A stretch of DNA of 64,000 nucleotides from NCBI GenBank assembly GCA_033551855.1, contig JAWSUI010000001.1, forward strand, positions 32,001-96,000, written 5' to 3'. Below, in pieces: positions 36,334-45,260 of the stretch; position 1 is the stretch's first letter; each line of letters opens with the position of its first letter. The notes beneath the pieces are model-generated. The model saw only the letters and a program-made list of their open reading frames with translations. It was not told where the DNA came from and did not search any database. The position numbers and the translations under genes are program-made. The DNA comes from Deferrisomatales bacterium. Lineage in GTDB: Bacteria; Desulfobacterota; Deferrisomatia; Deferrisomatales; JACRMM01.

Positions 36334-37710
36334 TCAGAGCTGCAGCAGCCAAGTGGCCAGCCCGAAGTAGAGCAGCAGGCCCGTGATATCGACCACCGTG
36401 CTGAGCGCCGGGCTGGCCACCACCGCCGGGTCGAGGCGGAGCCTCGCGGCCGCCAGGGGCAGCACGGCGCCGAAGGCAGTGGACGTCACCACCTGCAGAC
36501 CCAGGGCGAGGGCAACCGTCGCGCCGATCCAGCCCAGGTGGAAGCCGGGCGGCACGTCGCCCGCGCCCGTGAAGAAATACACCTTGCCATAGACGAGTGA
36601 CCCGAGGGTGAGCCCCAGGAGGATGCTCACCCGCAACTCCTTCCAGAGGATGCGCAGCGCGTCGGAGGCCTCCACCTCCCCGAGGGCGAGGGCTCGTATC
36701 ACCGTGGTGGAGGCCTGGGAACCGGTATTCCCGCCCACCGAGGCCAGCATGGGCAGGTAGACCACCAGGAGCATGAGGCTCGTAAGGGCCCCCTGGAAGG
36801 TGTGCAGGATCCAGCCCGACACCAGCTGCAGCGCCGCCAGGGCCACGCACCACGTGACGCGCTTGCGGTAGTGGACGGGGGACGGCACGTCCAGGTAGCT
36901 CTCCTCCCGGGTCTCGCCCGTGATGCCCATCAGGCGCTCCAGGTCCTCGGTCTGCTCCTCCCGCAGGATGTCGAACGCGTCGTCGTGGGTGACGATGCCC
37001 ACCAGGGAGTTGTCGCGGTCCACCACGGGCACGGCCAACAGGTCGTACTTCTCGATGGTGCGGGCCACGGCCTCCTGATCCTCGTCCACGCGGACCGCGA
37101 TGGGACCCGGGACCATGAGCGCCTCGACCACCGAGTCCGGGCGCGCCAGGATGAGATCCTTGAGGGACACGGAGCCCACGAGGGTGCGCTCGGGCCCCAG
37201 GACGTAGGTGTAGTACACCGTCTCCCGGTCGGGTGCCTCCCGCCGAATCTTCTCGATCGCCTCCCGGGCCGTCAGGTGGGGCAGCAGCGTGACGTAGTCG
37301 GAGGTCATGGCTGCCCCGGCGGTTCCCTCCTCGTACCCGGCCAGCCGGCGGATGTCGTCGCGCTCCGCCTGGGCAAGGGCGGGCCACAGGGCCTCCAGGG
37401 TCTCCTCCTTCAGGCGCTTGACGAGGTCCGCCCGCTCGTCCGGGCTCATGTGGGTGACCAGCTCGGCCAACTGGTCGCGCTTCAGCGACTGGGCGAGGCG
37501 AATCTGGGTGGCGACTTCCAGGTACGAAAAGACCTCTCCCCGATCCAGAGGGGGTAGGCATTGGAGGAACGCGGCCAGGTCCGACGGCTCCATGTCCCCG
37601 ACGAACTCTGCGATCGTGGCGGGGTGGAGGTCCTCGGCAAACTCGCGGATGGCGCGCGCGTCGCCGCGCGCCAGCGTGGCCCTGATTTCCGGGATGAGGA
37701 TTGTATTCAT
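36334..37710 (-). CDS. mgtE: Magnesium transporter MgtE
   Basis: N-domain LHPATIA/MSPDERAD, TAGAAMT CBS pair, GIVTHDD, GGNTGSQAST, DPAVVASPALSTVVD; GGAGG SD. Confidence 0.95.
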   Translation of the reverse strand: MNTILIPEIRATLARGDARAIREFAEDLHPATIAEFVGDMEPSDLAAFLQCLPPLDRGEVFSYLEVATQIRLAQSLKRDQLAELVTHMSPDERADLVKRLKEETLEALWPALAQAERDDIRRLAGYEEGTAGAAMTSDYVTLLPHLTAREAIEKIRREAPDRETVYYTYVLGPERTLVGSVSLKDLILARPDSVVEALMVPGPIAVRVDEDQEAVARTIEKYDLLAVPVVDRDNSLVGIVTHDDAFDILREEQTEDLERLMGITGETREESYLDVPSPVHYRKRVTWCVALAALQLVSGWILHTFQGALTSLMLLVVYLPMLASVGGNTGSQASTTVIRALALGEVEASDALRILWKELRVSILLGLTLGSLVYGKVYFFTGAGDVPPGFHLGWIGATVALALGLQVVTSTAFGAVLPLAAARLRLDPAVVASPALSTVVDITGLLLYFGLATWLLQL

Positions 37711-37714
37711 CGGC

Positions 37715-37774
37715 ACCTCCCGCGGCCCAAGGCCCCGGCGCGGTGCCGCAGGAGGTCAGGCGGACCGGACCTCC
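37715..37774 (-). promoter_or_regulatory. Alternative SD-sequestering and anti-anti-SD hairpins in the mgtE leader
   Basis: On the mRNA, ACCUCCUGCGGC (37756-37745) pairs with GCCGCGGGAGGU (37726-37715, contains the SD). Alternatively GGAGGUC (37774-37768) pairs with GACCUCC (37757-37751). Confidence 0.65.
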
Positions 37775-37842
37775 CGGGAGGCGTTTCCACGCGGGGCGGG
37801 ACGGGCAGGGTAGGGTTCGGGGCGACTGCCTGGGTCGTCCAT
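37756..37842 (-). CDS. Putative Pro-rich leader peptide of mgtE (MDDPGSRPEPYPARPAPRGNASREVRSA)
   Basis: Manual translation: 28 aa, 6 Pro in the first 17 residues, acidic N-terminus, AGGAG/AGGA upstream; the stop codon overlaps the anti-SD 45 nt before mgtE. Confidence 0.55.
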   Translation of the reverse strand: MDDPGSRPEPYPARPAPRGNASREVRSA

Positions 37843-38185
37843 CGGTCCTATCGACTCCTGGGGTGGAGGGGCGGCCTCGCCGCTCCCCGAGAGGCCTCCT
37901 TGTACGCCCTCGAGCGCCGCAACGCAAGGGAGATCCGCGACCGGGATCCCCCCCCGGCCGCGTGCTGGGAGCCGGGGAGCCCCTGCGTTTCGCCGCGAAA
38001 TCCGCCCCTGTTCGAGACGCTGACCACGAGGGCACCGGGTGCGCCCAGCCTCGCCCTTCCGCCCTCACGGCTCCGGGCCGTGAGCCGTGCCAATACTTTC
38101 CCCAGAAAGGCTGCTGTCGTGGTATCATGGCGGCGTCGGAGCTCCCGTGGCCCGACCGACGGACGTCCCCGGAAGAGGAAGGCAC

Positions 38186-38431
38186 ATGGCTCGCGATCCC
38201 AAGTTTGCAAAGCGCCAGAAGGAGCGGGCGAGGCAGGAGAAGAGGGTCCAGAAGGCCGAGCGCCGCGCGGACCGCAAGGCCCAGCGCGCGGAGGCGTCCC
38301 GGGCCGAGGACGGCCACGACCCCGACATCGCGGGGATCGTTCCCGGCCCCCAACGGCCCATTTGGGAGCGGCTCGACGAGCCGCCGGAGACGGAAGAAGA
38401 GGAGGAACCCGATGCTGCCGCCCAGGGCTGA
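38186..38431 (+). CDS. Small hypothetical protein, basic N-terminus and acidic tail
   Basis: MARDPKFAKRQKERARQEK...DPDIAGIVPGPQ; GAGGAAGG SD; TGGTATCAT extended -10 upstream. Confidence 0.7.
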   Translation: MARDPKFAKRQKERARQEKRVQKAERRADRKAQRAEASRAEDGHDPDIAGIVPGPQRPIWERLDEPPETEEEEEPDAAAQG

Positions 38432-38555
38432 CCGCCCGAGGGAGACCCTATCGGAACGCGCCATGCCGGTCACCCGCCACTCCCGGTGCGAAGACCGGGC
38501 CGGCGGTGGCGGGGGGGCGGGCGCGTGCGCAAGCGCCAGGTCCGGGCCCGCAGCC

Positions 38556-38888
38556 ATGCCGGCTCAACGGGAAGGGTACCGGGATCAGCGCAAGCTCGAG
38601 ATCCGGTCGGTGATGCGCATCTTACGGGGTCAGCTCTCGGACCCCTCGCCCGAGGCCAAGCTGTGGTTGGCGGTGATCGAGTTCGCGGTGCGCGACGCCT
38701 ACTCCTCCACGGCGCGGAGCGCCGAGGCCCGGGAGGACGCCCGGCAGTGGCTCCGCTCGGACCACTTCGAGGGGGTGGCGACGGCCATCGGCCTGCACCC
38801 GGAGTGGGCCCGACAGAAGATCCTCCAGATCCCGGACGTCCAGGATCCGAAGCCCGGCCCCGAGGCCGGCGGCCCACTCCAGCCCTGA
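38556..38888 (+). CDS. Hypothetical protein (start uncertain)
   Basis: Host-like codon usage; SPEAKLWLAVIEFAVRDA...ARQWLRSDHFEGVATAIGLHPEW. Confidence 0.55.
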   Translation: MPAQREGYRDQRKLEIRSVMRILRGQLSDPSPEAKLWLAVIEFAVRDAYSSTARSAEAREDARQWLRSDHFEGVATAIGLHPEWARQKILQIPDVQDPKPGPEAGGPLQP

Positions 38889-38960
38889 CAAACCGAGGCC
38901 GGCGCCCCCTCGCCGACCTCCGACCCGCCCAGGGGCAACCCCCGATTCCGCAGCGCCCGT

Positions 38961-38999
38961 GCGGCGGGATCGGGGCCCTTCCGGCCCCGATCCCGCCGC
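38961..38999. terminator. Hairpin between convergent genes
   Basis: GCGGCGGGATCGGGGCC-CTTCC-GGCCCCGATCCCGCCGC, 17-bp perfect stem 6 nt past the oah stop. Confidence 0.65.
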
Positions 39000-39005
39000 C
39001 TCACC

Positions 39006-40136
39006 TCACCCCTTGGGCTTCCCCAGCACGGCCTCGAACGCGGCCTCGTCCATCAGCCGGCCCTCGGCGACGAGCTGCCGGTACTTGATGAAGTCGATCA
39101 CGTCCTCGCCCGTGAGCTTCTTGGTGGAGAAGGCGGTGAACCCCAGGAACGCCTCGCCCATCATGTTGGCCGCGAGCCAGTGGCGGTTCGGGAGCTTGGC
39201 CTGGTCCCAGAAGAACTTCTTCTTGGCCCGGATCGAGTCGATCGACATCTGCAGGCACCCCGGGAACAGGTTGGCGAACCGCCACACCACGTCCTGGACC
39301 ACCTGGTCCAGCCGCGTGAAGTCCGTGGTGCACTGCGCCATCAGCTCCTTGGCGGCCTTGGCCTCGTCGCCGGTCTTGAACTCGCCGTACACGAGCTCGC
39401 CGTCGCGCACGTAGGTGTCGGTGAACACGAGGGGGTTGCGGACGAACGTGCCGTCCTTGACGAGCACCGGCACCGCCTTGGAGATCAGGTTCTTGGCCTT
39501 CATCTTGTAGGCCGACCAGGTCTCGCAGGACACGCAGTTCCACATGGCGTCCTCCATGGAGAGGAACCACGGGAGGAAGTCGGTGGCACCGCCCACCGGG
39601 GCGGAGCCGTGCTTGGGGCCGGCTTGGCCGTAGACCGCCAGGTCCGAGGAGATCGCGATGTCGGCGGCCATGCCGATCTCCTGGCCGCCGGCCACCCGCA
39701 TCCCGTTGACGCGGCAGACGACGGGCTTCTTGCAGTCCAGGATCGAGTCGACCATGAGGTTGAACAGGTCCATGTACTCGCCGTACTCGTTGGGGCGCTT
39801 CGAGTAGTACCGGGAATATTCCACCGTGTTGCCGCCGGTGCAGAAGGCCTTGTCGCCGGTGCCGGTGAAGACCACCGCCACGACGCTGCGGTCGCCGGAG
39901 GCCGCCTTGAAGGCCGCGATCACGCCCTTGACCATCTCGGTGGTGTAGGAGTTGTACTGAGCGGGGTTGTTCAGGCGGATCCACGCCACGAAGAGGCCGG
40001 GCACCTCCTTGCCCGCGGGGTCCGTGAGGGGCCGCCTCTCGTACACCGTGCACGGCGCTTCCGTGCCCCAGTACTCGCCCTTCATCAGGCCGTGGTCCTT
40101 CATGTGGTCGTCGCGGGGAAGCCAGTCGAGACTCAT
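39006..40136 (-). CDS. oah: 6-oxocyclohex-1-ene-1-carbonyl-CoA hydrolase (ring cleaving; BamA/BzdY/Oah)
   Basis: LNNPAQYNSYTTEMVKGVI, AFCTGGNT.EY, CRVNGMRVAGGQEIG, QAGPKHGSAPVGGATDFLP, WLAANMMGEA. Confidence 0.95.
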   Translation of the reverse strand: MSLDWLPRDDHMKDHGLMKGEYWGTEAPCTVYERRPLTDPAGKEVPGLFVAWIRLNNPAQYNSYTTEMVKGVIAAFKAASGDRSVVAVVFTGTGDKAFCTGGNTVEYSRYYSKRPNEYGEYMDLFNLMVDSILDCKKPVVCRVNGMRVAGGQEIGMAADIAISSDLAVYGQAGPKHGSAPVGGATDFLPWFLSMEDAMWNCVSCETWSAYKMKAKNLISKAVPVLVKDGTFVRNPLVFTDTYVRDGELVYGEFKTGDEAKAAKELMAQCTTDFTRLDQVVQDVVWRFANLFPGCLQMSIDSIRAKKKFFWDQAKLPNRHWLAANMMGEAFLGFTAFSTKKLTGEDVIDFIKYRQLVAEGRLMDEAAFEAVLGKPKG

Positions 40137-40183
40137 GGGTTTCTCCTGTAGGTTGCTGGTTGTGGGGTCATTCCTGTCCGTCG

Positions 40184-41272
40184 TCAGAAATCGGGCTCCA
40201 GCACGACGCGCTTTTCCACCTTGCGATCGTGGATGTCGTCGAAGGTCTGCCGGATCGTCGACATGGGCCGGGTCTCGATGAAGGGCTCCACCTGCACCTT
40301 GCCCGACTGCACGAGCTTGAGCACTTCCGGGTAGTACTTGGGCAGGCAGCCCCACGTGCCGATCATCTCGGCGTCGAAGGCCATGAGCTTGGAGAGCATG
40401 TACTCGGACTTGGCCATGGTGTAGCCCACCACCACGAGCTTGCCCACGAACGACAGGAGCTGCAGCCCGATCTCCTGGCCCGGTTTCGAGCCCGAGACCT
40501 CGAAGATCTTCCAGCCCCAGTTGTGGGGCACACCCTTCTCCTTGCAGATCGCCCGGAAGGCCTCCTGGACGTCCCGGGGGGTCTTGCCCCGGGAGTTGAT
40601 GGTGGCGTCGGCGCCGAAGGACAGCGCTCGCTCGAGCTTGGCGTCGTCGATGTCGATGCCGATCACCGTGCCCGCGCCCAGCGCCTTGGCCATCTGGGTC
40701 ATGTACACACCCACCCCCCCGCAGGCCCCCACGACCACGACCCGGTCCCCCGGGGCGATCCCGGCCCGCATCGCCGCCTGGTAGGGGGTGGTCACGGCGT
40801 CGGCGATGACCGAGAGGTGCGACAGCGCAACGTCGCGCCGGTCCACGACGCACAGGTCCGCAAAGGGCACCGGGATGTGGCTCGAGAACCCGCCGTACGG
40901 GCCCAGGCTGTTCCCGGGCATCTTCTGGGCGAGGCACCGGTTGCCTCGTCCCGTGGCGCAGATCGGGCAACCGTTGCACGGCATGACCGCCGGCACGATG
41001 ACCTCCTTGCCCACCCACTGCGCGGGGCCGTCGACCACGGTGCCGCTGATCTCGTGGCCCAGGGCCAGGGGCGGAGGGTTCACGGTGGGCACGCCGTCGT
41101 AGAAGTACCCCAGGTCCGTGTGGCACACCCCGCACCCGGCCACCTCCACCAGGACGTCGCCCGGCCCGAGGGCCGGGGCGTCGATCTCCGCCCTCTCCAT
41201 GACCCCGTGCTCCCCGGTCTTCGGGTCGGAAGGCTTCGTCATCTGCCACGTCTGAATCTTCTGCACCTTCAT
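40184..41272 (-). CDS. had: 6-hydroxycyclohex-1-ene-1-carbonyl-CoA dehydrogenase (Zn-dependent ADH; BamQ/BzdX/Had)
   Basis: GCGVCHTDLGYFYDGVPT, LGHEISG, CNGCPIC..GNRC..QKMPGN, VIADAVTTPYQA, LSKLMAFDA. Confidence 0.93.
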   Translation of the reverse strand: MKVQKIQTWQMTKPSDPKTGEHGVMERAEIDAPALGPGDVLVEVAGCGVCHTDLGYFYDGVPTVNPPPLALGHEISGTVVDGPAQWVGKEVIVPAVMPCNGCPICATGRGNRCLAQKMPGNSLGPYGGFSSHIPVPFADLCVVDRRDVALSHLSVIADAVTTPYQAAMRAGIAPGDRVVVVGACGGVGVYMTQMAKALGAGTVIGIDIDDAKLERALSFGADATINSRGKTPRDVQEAFRAICKEKGVPHNWGWKIFEVSGSKPGQEIGLQLLSFVGKLVVVGYTMAKSEYMLSKLMAFDAEMIGTWGCLPKYYPEVLKLVQSGKVQVEPFIETRPMSTIRQTFDDIHDRKVEKRVVLEPDF

Positions 41273-41465
41273 GTCTTCCTCCTTTCGCGCTTCAGGCGCT
41301 CCCTCTGCACACACCGCACGCCGGCCGACAACTCCGGCGACCTGCCTTGGACGGGACGCTGATGAGATGTGCGGTGTTTCCGCTCCCCCGAACACGAAAC
41401 CATCCCGTCCGTTCTCTCGTCCCGTTACAAGGGAGGTCTTGCCTCCTTCCGCTTCGAGTCCCCTC

Positions 41466-42962
41466 CTACCCCCAGAAGAGCACCGAGAGCCCGAGGGCCA
41501 AGCTCACCCCGAGCCCCAGGGGCACCGTCTTGCGCAGGATCGCGCCTTCCTGCCCCACCGCCCCGCACAGCGGCGTGGCGATGGCGATCTTGAAGGGGCT
41601 CGAGACGCTCCCGATGCTGGCCCCGATGGCCAGAGCCGCCGCCAGGCTCTCGGGGGACACCCCGAGGAGCCCGGCCGCCACCACCTGGAACTTCCCGAAG
41701 AGCATGATGCTGGCCACCCCGTACCCGGTGAGGAAGGTACCCACCCACCCCAGCAGGGGCGCGAACACCGGGTAGAAGGAGCCCGCATACTCGTAGGTGC
41801 CTCGGGCGAGCACCGAGGCGACGTTTCGCCCCTCGTCCAGGGCGGCAAACCCCTCCGAGTACCCCGAGTAGGCCACCATCTGTCCCATGGCGCCGAAAAG
41901 GGCCATCGCCAGCACCGGTCGCCAGGCGCGCCCGAGGCTCCCCACCAAGAGGCGGCCCCGCTCGCCCTGCTCGAAGGGGTGGAGCACCAGGACCAGGGCG
42001 AGGGCGGCGAAGAGGTACGTGTAGGCGTCGAAGAGGGGGCGCACCGTGATCTGGTGGACCGGCACCACGGAGAGGTCCAGGGTGAGGGTCTCTCGGGCGA
42101 AGGCCCGCAGTCCCGGGTGGAGGCTCACCGCCGAGAGGCCGGCGATGATCAGGGCAAAGGGGGCGAAGTCCCGCAGGATCGATCTCTCGAGGGCGAGGCC
42201 GCGGCGACCCCACAGGATGAGCAACGCGATCACCGCCAGACCCCCGAACATGGCCGACACGGGCACGCCCACCCAGAGCACGGTCGCCCAGGCCCCGAAC
42301 CCGGCGGTGAGGCCCACCGCCGCGAAGAGGCCGGCCCGGGCGCGCACGGCGGCGGGGCCCTCCGCGAACCACGGCACCGAAAGGGAAAACAGCACCGTCG
42401 GAAGCACCGAGAGTGCCGCGATCCGCAGCCCGAGCTCCTGGGCGGGAAGGCCGGTGACGGCCGCGAGAACCGTGACGATGATCCCCGCCAGAGCCAGCGT
42501 CATGAGGCCGGAGTAGCCCACAATCGACAGGGCCGCCGCCGCGGCCGGGCGCAGCCCCGCGGCCCGGAGCATGGGAGCGAGCACGGGCTCCGCGATGACC
42601 CCGGCGCCCTCCATGAAGTTTCCCAGGCCCAAGGTGAGCAGCGCCGTGCGGTGCCACTCCCCGGCAACCCGGCCCTCGTACCACCCGACGATGCGCTGCA
42701 GGCTCCCCTTAGCCAGGCACACCACGGACAGCGCGAGGCCGGCCAGAATGACCAGCAGCAGGGGCAGAGTGGTGAGCACCCCGTCGAGGCCCGCGGCCAG
42801 GAGAACGCCGGCCGGGGTGCCGAACGCCGTGGCACAGAGGACGAAGGTGAACCCGAGCCCTGCCACGGAGAGGTCCAAGGCCGGGCGGCGGAACGCCACG
42901 GCGAGCACGAGCACCAGGAGCACCGGCGACCAGGCCAGGGTGTAGGACAGACCGAAGCTCAC
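41466..42962 (-). CDS. L-lactate permease (LctP) family transporter
   Basis: Many TM helices; GNFMEGAG, APLLGWVGTFLTG..ASIMLFG.FQ, IGASIGSVSSPFKI; GTGA coupling. Confidence 0.75.
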   Translation of the reverse strand: MSFGLSYTLAWSPVLLVLVLAVAFRRPALDLSVAGLGFTFVLCATAFGTPAGVLLAAGLDGVLTTLPLLLVILAGLALSVVCLAKGSLQRIVGWYEGRVAGEWHRTALLTLGLGNFMEGAGVIAEPVLAPMLRAAGLRPAAAAALSIVGYSGLMTLALAGIIVTVLAAVTGLPAQELGLRIAALSVLPTVLFSLSVPWFAEGPAAVRARAGLFAAVGLTAGFGAWATVLWVGVPVSAMFGGLAVIALLILWGRRGLALERSILRDFAPFALIIAGLSAVSLHPGLRAFARETLTLDLSVVPVHQITVRPLFDAYTYLFAALALVLVLHPFEQGERGRLLVGSLGRAWRPVLAMALFGAMGQMVAYSGYSEGFAALDEGRNVASVLARGTYEYAGSFYPVFAPLLGWVGTFLTGYGVASIMLFGKFQVVAAGLLGVSPESLAAALAIGASIGSVSSPFKIAIATPLCGAVGQEGAILRKTVPLGLGVSLALGLSVLFWG

Positions 42963-43534
42963 GCCCAGTCCCCCCGCTCCGCCGCCTGGAGGAAGGCCTC
43001 GGCCGTCTCCACCCGCAGAAGGGGCCACAGCGGGTTCTTCCGGTACAGACCCAGGCACGCCTCGTGGACCTCGTCCCGGTGGGCCGTGGAGGCGTCCTCG
43101 AGGATGACCGCCCGAAAATCGTGGGCCACGGCGTCCAGGGCGGTGGCCAGCACACAGAACGGGGTGGTGATCCCGCACACCGCCAGGGTGTCCACTCCCC
43201 AAGTCCGCAGGGTCTGGTCGAGATCGGTCTTGAAAAAGGCGGAGAATCGGCGCTTGGGGAGCTCCAGATCCCCGGGCTCGGGCGCCAGCTCGTCGACCAC
43301 CCGGGCCCCCGGGGTTCCCCGGAGCGCGTGGGGCTGCATCCGACCCCCGAAAAGGGCGTCCCCCGGGAGGAAGGAGTCGTTGGCGTAGATCACCGGGACC
43401 CCACGCCGGCGGCACCGGGCCAGGAGGTCCCGGAGGCAGGGGACCAGGGCCGCCCCTTGGCGCTCCATGGCGGAGTGCTTGCCCGTTCCCAGATTGTCCG
43501 CCAGCATGTCTACTACCGCCACGGCTGCCTTCAC
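42959..43534 (-). CDS. Isochorismatase-family cysteine hydrolase (nicotinamidase-like)
   Basis: VVDM (Asp), LPKRRFSAF (Lys), GITTPFCV (Cys) triad; GTGA coupling. Confidence 0.88.
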   Translation of the reverse strand: MKAAVAVVDMLADNLGTGKHSAMERQGAALVPCLRDLLARCRRRGVPVIYANDSFLPGDALFGGRMQPHALRGTPGARVVDELAPEPGDLELPKRRFSAFFKTDLDQTLRTWGVDTLAVCGITTPFCVLATALDAVAHDFRAVILEDASTAHRDEVHEACLGLYRKNPLWPLLRVETAEAFLQAAERGDWA

Positions 43535-44361
43535 GTCCCCTCCTCCCCGCCCTCGAGCTTCAGGATGCGCGCCGCGTTGCCCCCCAGGATGGCTGCCTTC
43601 GCCTGGTCGCTCAGGGGCAGGGCGGCGATCGCCTCCACGTTGTGTCGGATGCCCGGGTTTCCGGGCCAGTCGCTGCCGAAGACGACCTTTCGGTGGAGCC
43701 GCTCCAGGCTCGGGAAGTAGGCGGGGAGGTTCCGGGGCGGCAGGCCCGAGACCTCCAGGTAGACGTTGGGGTGCAGTTGGGCGAGGAACTCCGCCCGCTC
43801 GTACCAGAAGCCCCTCCCCCCGTGGACCAGGAGGAGCGACAGGTCCGGAAAGTCGGCGGCCACGTCGTCCAGGTGCAACGGGTCCCCGTACTTGAGCTTC
43901 GCCCCCGGAAAGATGCTCGAGCCCGTGTGGGCCATTACGGGCAGCCCCAGTGCCTGGCATGCGCCGTACAGGGGGTACAGGCGGGGCTCGTTGGGGTAGA
44001 AGTGCTGGTAGGTGGGGTAGAGCTTCACGCCGCGGAACCCCAGCCCGGCCAGCCGCTCGATCTCCCGGTCCAGCCTCGGGGTGAGCCAGGGGTTCAGGTT
44101 GGCGAACAACACCAACCGCCGCGATCCGCGGAAGCGCTCCCACACGTACTCATTGGTGGTCACCCCCGTGACCAGTGGACTGATCTCGGGCAGTCCCACC
44201 GCCCAGTCCACACCTTCCTGCTCCAGGTAGGCGTCGAAGCCTTCCGGCGTGAGGAGGGTGTCCCAATCCCCCCGGGCCCCCCAGAAACTGTCGCAGAAGG
44301 AGGCAGAAGCGGGGACCAGGTGCTCCCGGGCAGCCAAGTGTACGTGGAAGTCGATGATCAT
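43531..44361 (-). CDS. Amidohydrolase_2-family metal-dependent hydrolase (BzdU-like)
   Basis: IIDFHVH, GVKLYPTYQHF, HTG, VHGGRGFW, FGSDWP, ILGGNAARIL. Confidence 0.88.
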   Translation of the reverse strand: MIIDFHVHLAAREHLVPASASFCDSFWGARGDWDTLLTPEGFDAYLEQEGVDWAVGLPEISPLVTGVTTNEYVWERFRGSRRLVLFANLNPWLTPRLDREIERLAGLGFRGVKLYPTYQHFYPNEPRLYPLYGACQALGLPVMAHTGSSIFPGAKLKYGDPLHLDDVAADFPDLSLLLVHGGRGFWYERAEFLAQLHPNVYLEVSGLPPRNLPAYFPSLERLHRKVVFGSDWPGNPGIRHNVEAIAALPLSDQAKAAILGGNAARILKLEGGEEGT

Positions 44362-44416
44362 CGGGTTCCCCGGCGCGCGGGGCCGCGGGGGTGACCCCCC
44401 CCCGGCCCCGCCGGCC

Positions 44417-45193
44417 TCAGCGGTTCTTCCAGACCGGGGCCCGCTTTTCCAGGAACGCGGCCAGGCCCTCCTGGGCGTCCTCGGTGGGCATGAGCTCCTC
44501 GAGGTAGATGCGCTCGACCCTCCCCAGGGCCTCGGCGAAGGGAAGTCCTCGCCCGGCACGGATCGCCTTCTTGGTGGCCCGCAAGACCGTGCCGGAAAGC
44601 GTCGTGAAGATGCGAAGGAACTTCCCGAACTCCTCGTCGAAGGAGGCCAGGGGGACGACCTTGTTCACCAGCCCCAAGGCCAGGGCCTCGGGCGCCCGGA
44701 TCACCTCCCCGCCCGCGATCAGCTCGAAGGCCCGCTTCTCCGGGATGAGGTAAGGGAGTGCCACCGCCGCGAGGGGGGGGAAGACGCCGACCTTGATCTC
44801 CGGCTGCCCGATCTTGAGCGAGTCGGAGGCCACGATCATGTCGCAGAAGATGGCCAGCTCGCACCCGCCGCCCAGGGCGGCGCCCTTCACCGCCGCCACC
44901 GTGGGGATCTCGAGGGCGTCGAGATTGCGGAAGATGTCGTGGAACACCTCGATCATTCGGTCCACCTTGTCGGCGGTGTGATCCCCCACGTCCACGCCGG
45001 CCGAGAAGGCCTTCTCCCCCTCGGCGGTGATCACCAGGGCCCTCACCTCGCCCTCTCTCGCTTTGACCGCGGCCAGGGCGGAGTTGAGCTCCGTCATGGT
45101 GGGGATGTCGAGGACGTTCAGGGGCGGCCGGTTGATGCTGATCCACGCGGCGCCGTCTGCATCCCAGGTCTTCAGAAACTGGTAGTCGCTCAT
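44417..45193 (-). CDS. dch: Cyclohexa-1,5-diene-1-carbonyl-CoA hydratase (enoyl-CoA hydratase family; BamR/BzdW/Dch)
   Basis: NRPPLNVL, FSAGVDVGDH, ALGGGCEL, GQPEIKVGVFPP, YLEELM.TEDAQEGLAAFLEKR; operon context. Confidence 0.85.
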   Translation of the reverse strand: MSDYQFLKTWDADGAAWISINRPPLNVLDIPTMTELNSALAAVKAREGEVRALVITAEGEKAFSAGVDVGDHTADKVDRMIEVFHDIFRNLDALEIPTVAAVKGAALGGGCELAIFCDMIVASDSLKIGQPEIKVGVFPPLAAVALPYLIPEKRAFELIAGGEVIRAPEALALGLVNKVVPLASFDEEFGKFLRIFTTLSGTVLRATKKAIRAGRGLPFAEALGRVERIYLEELMPTEDAQEGLAAFLEKRAPVWKNR

Positions 45194-45260
45194 GTCTGTC
45201 TGCTCCGTGATAAGTGGTCCGAGACCGGGGGGACCGTGCCGAACGGGTCCCCGCCACGGT

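Noticed and set aside
37711..38100. M-box (ykoK) riboswitch upstream of mgtE
   Set aside because: I could not recognise M-box conserved sequence by eye, and the leader ORF with anti-SD stems explains the region. An Rfam scan is still needed to exclude it formally.
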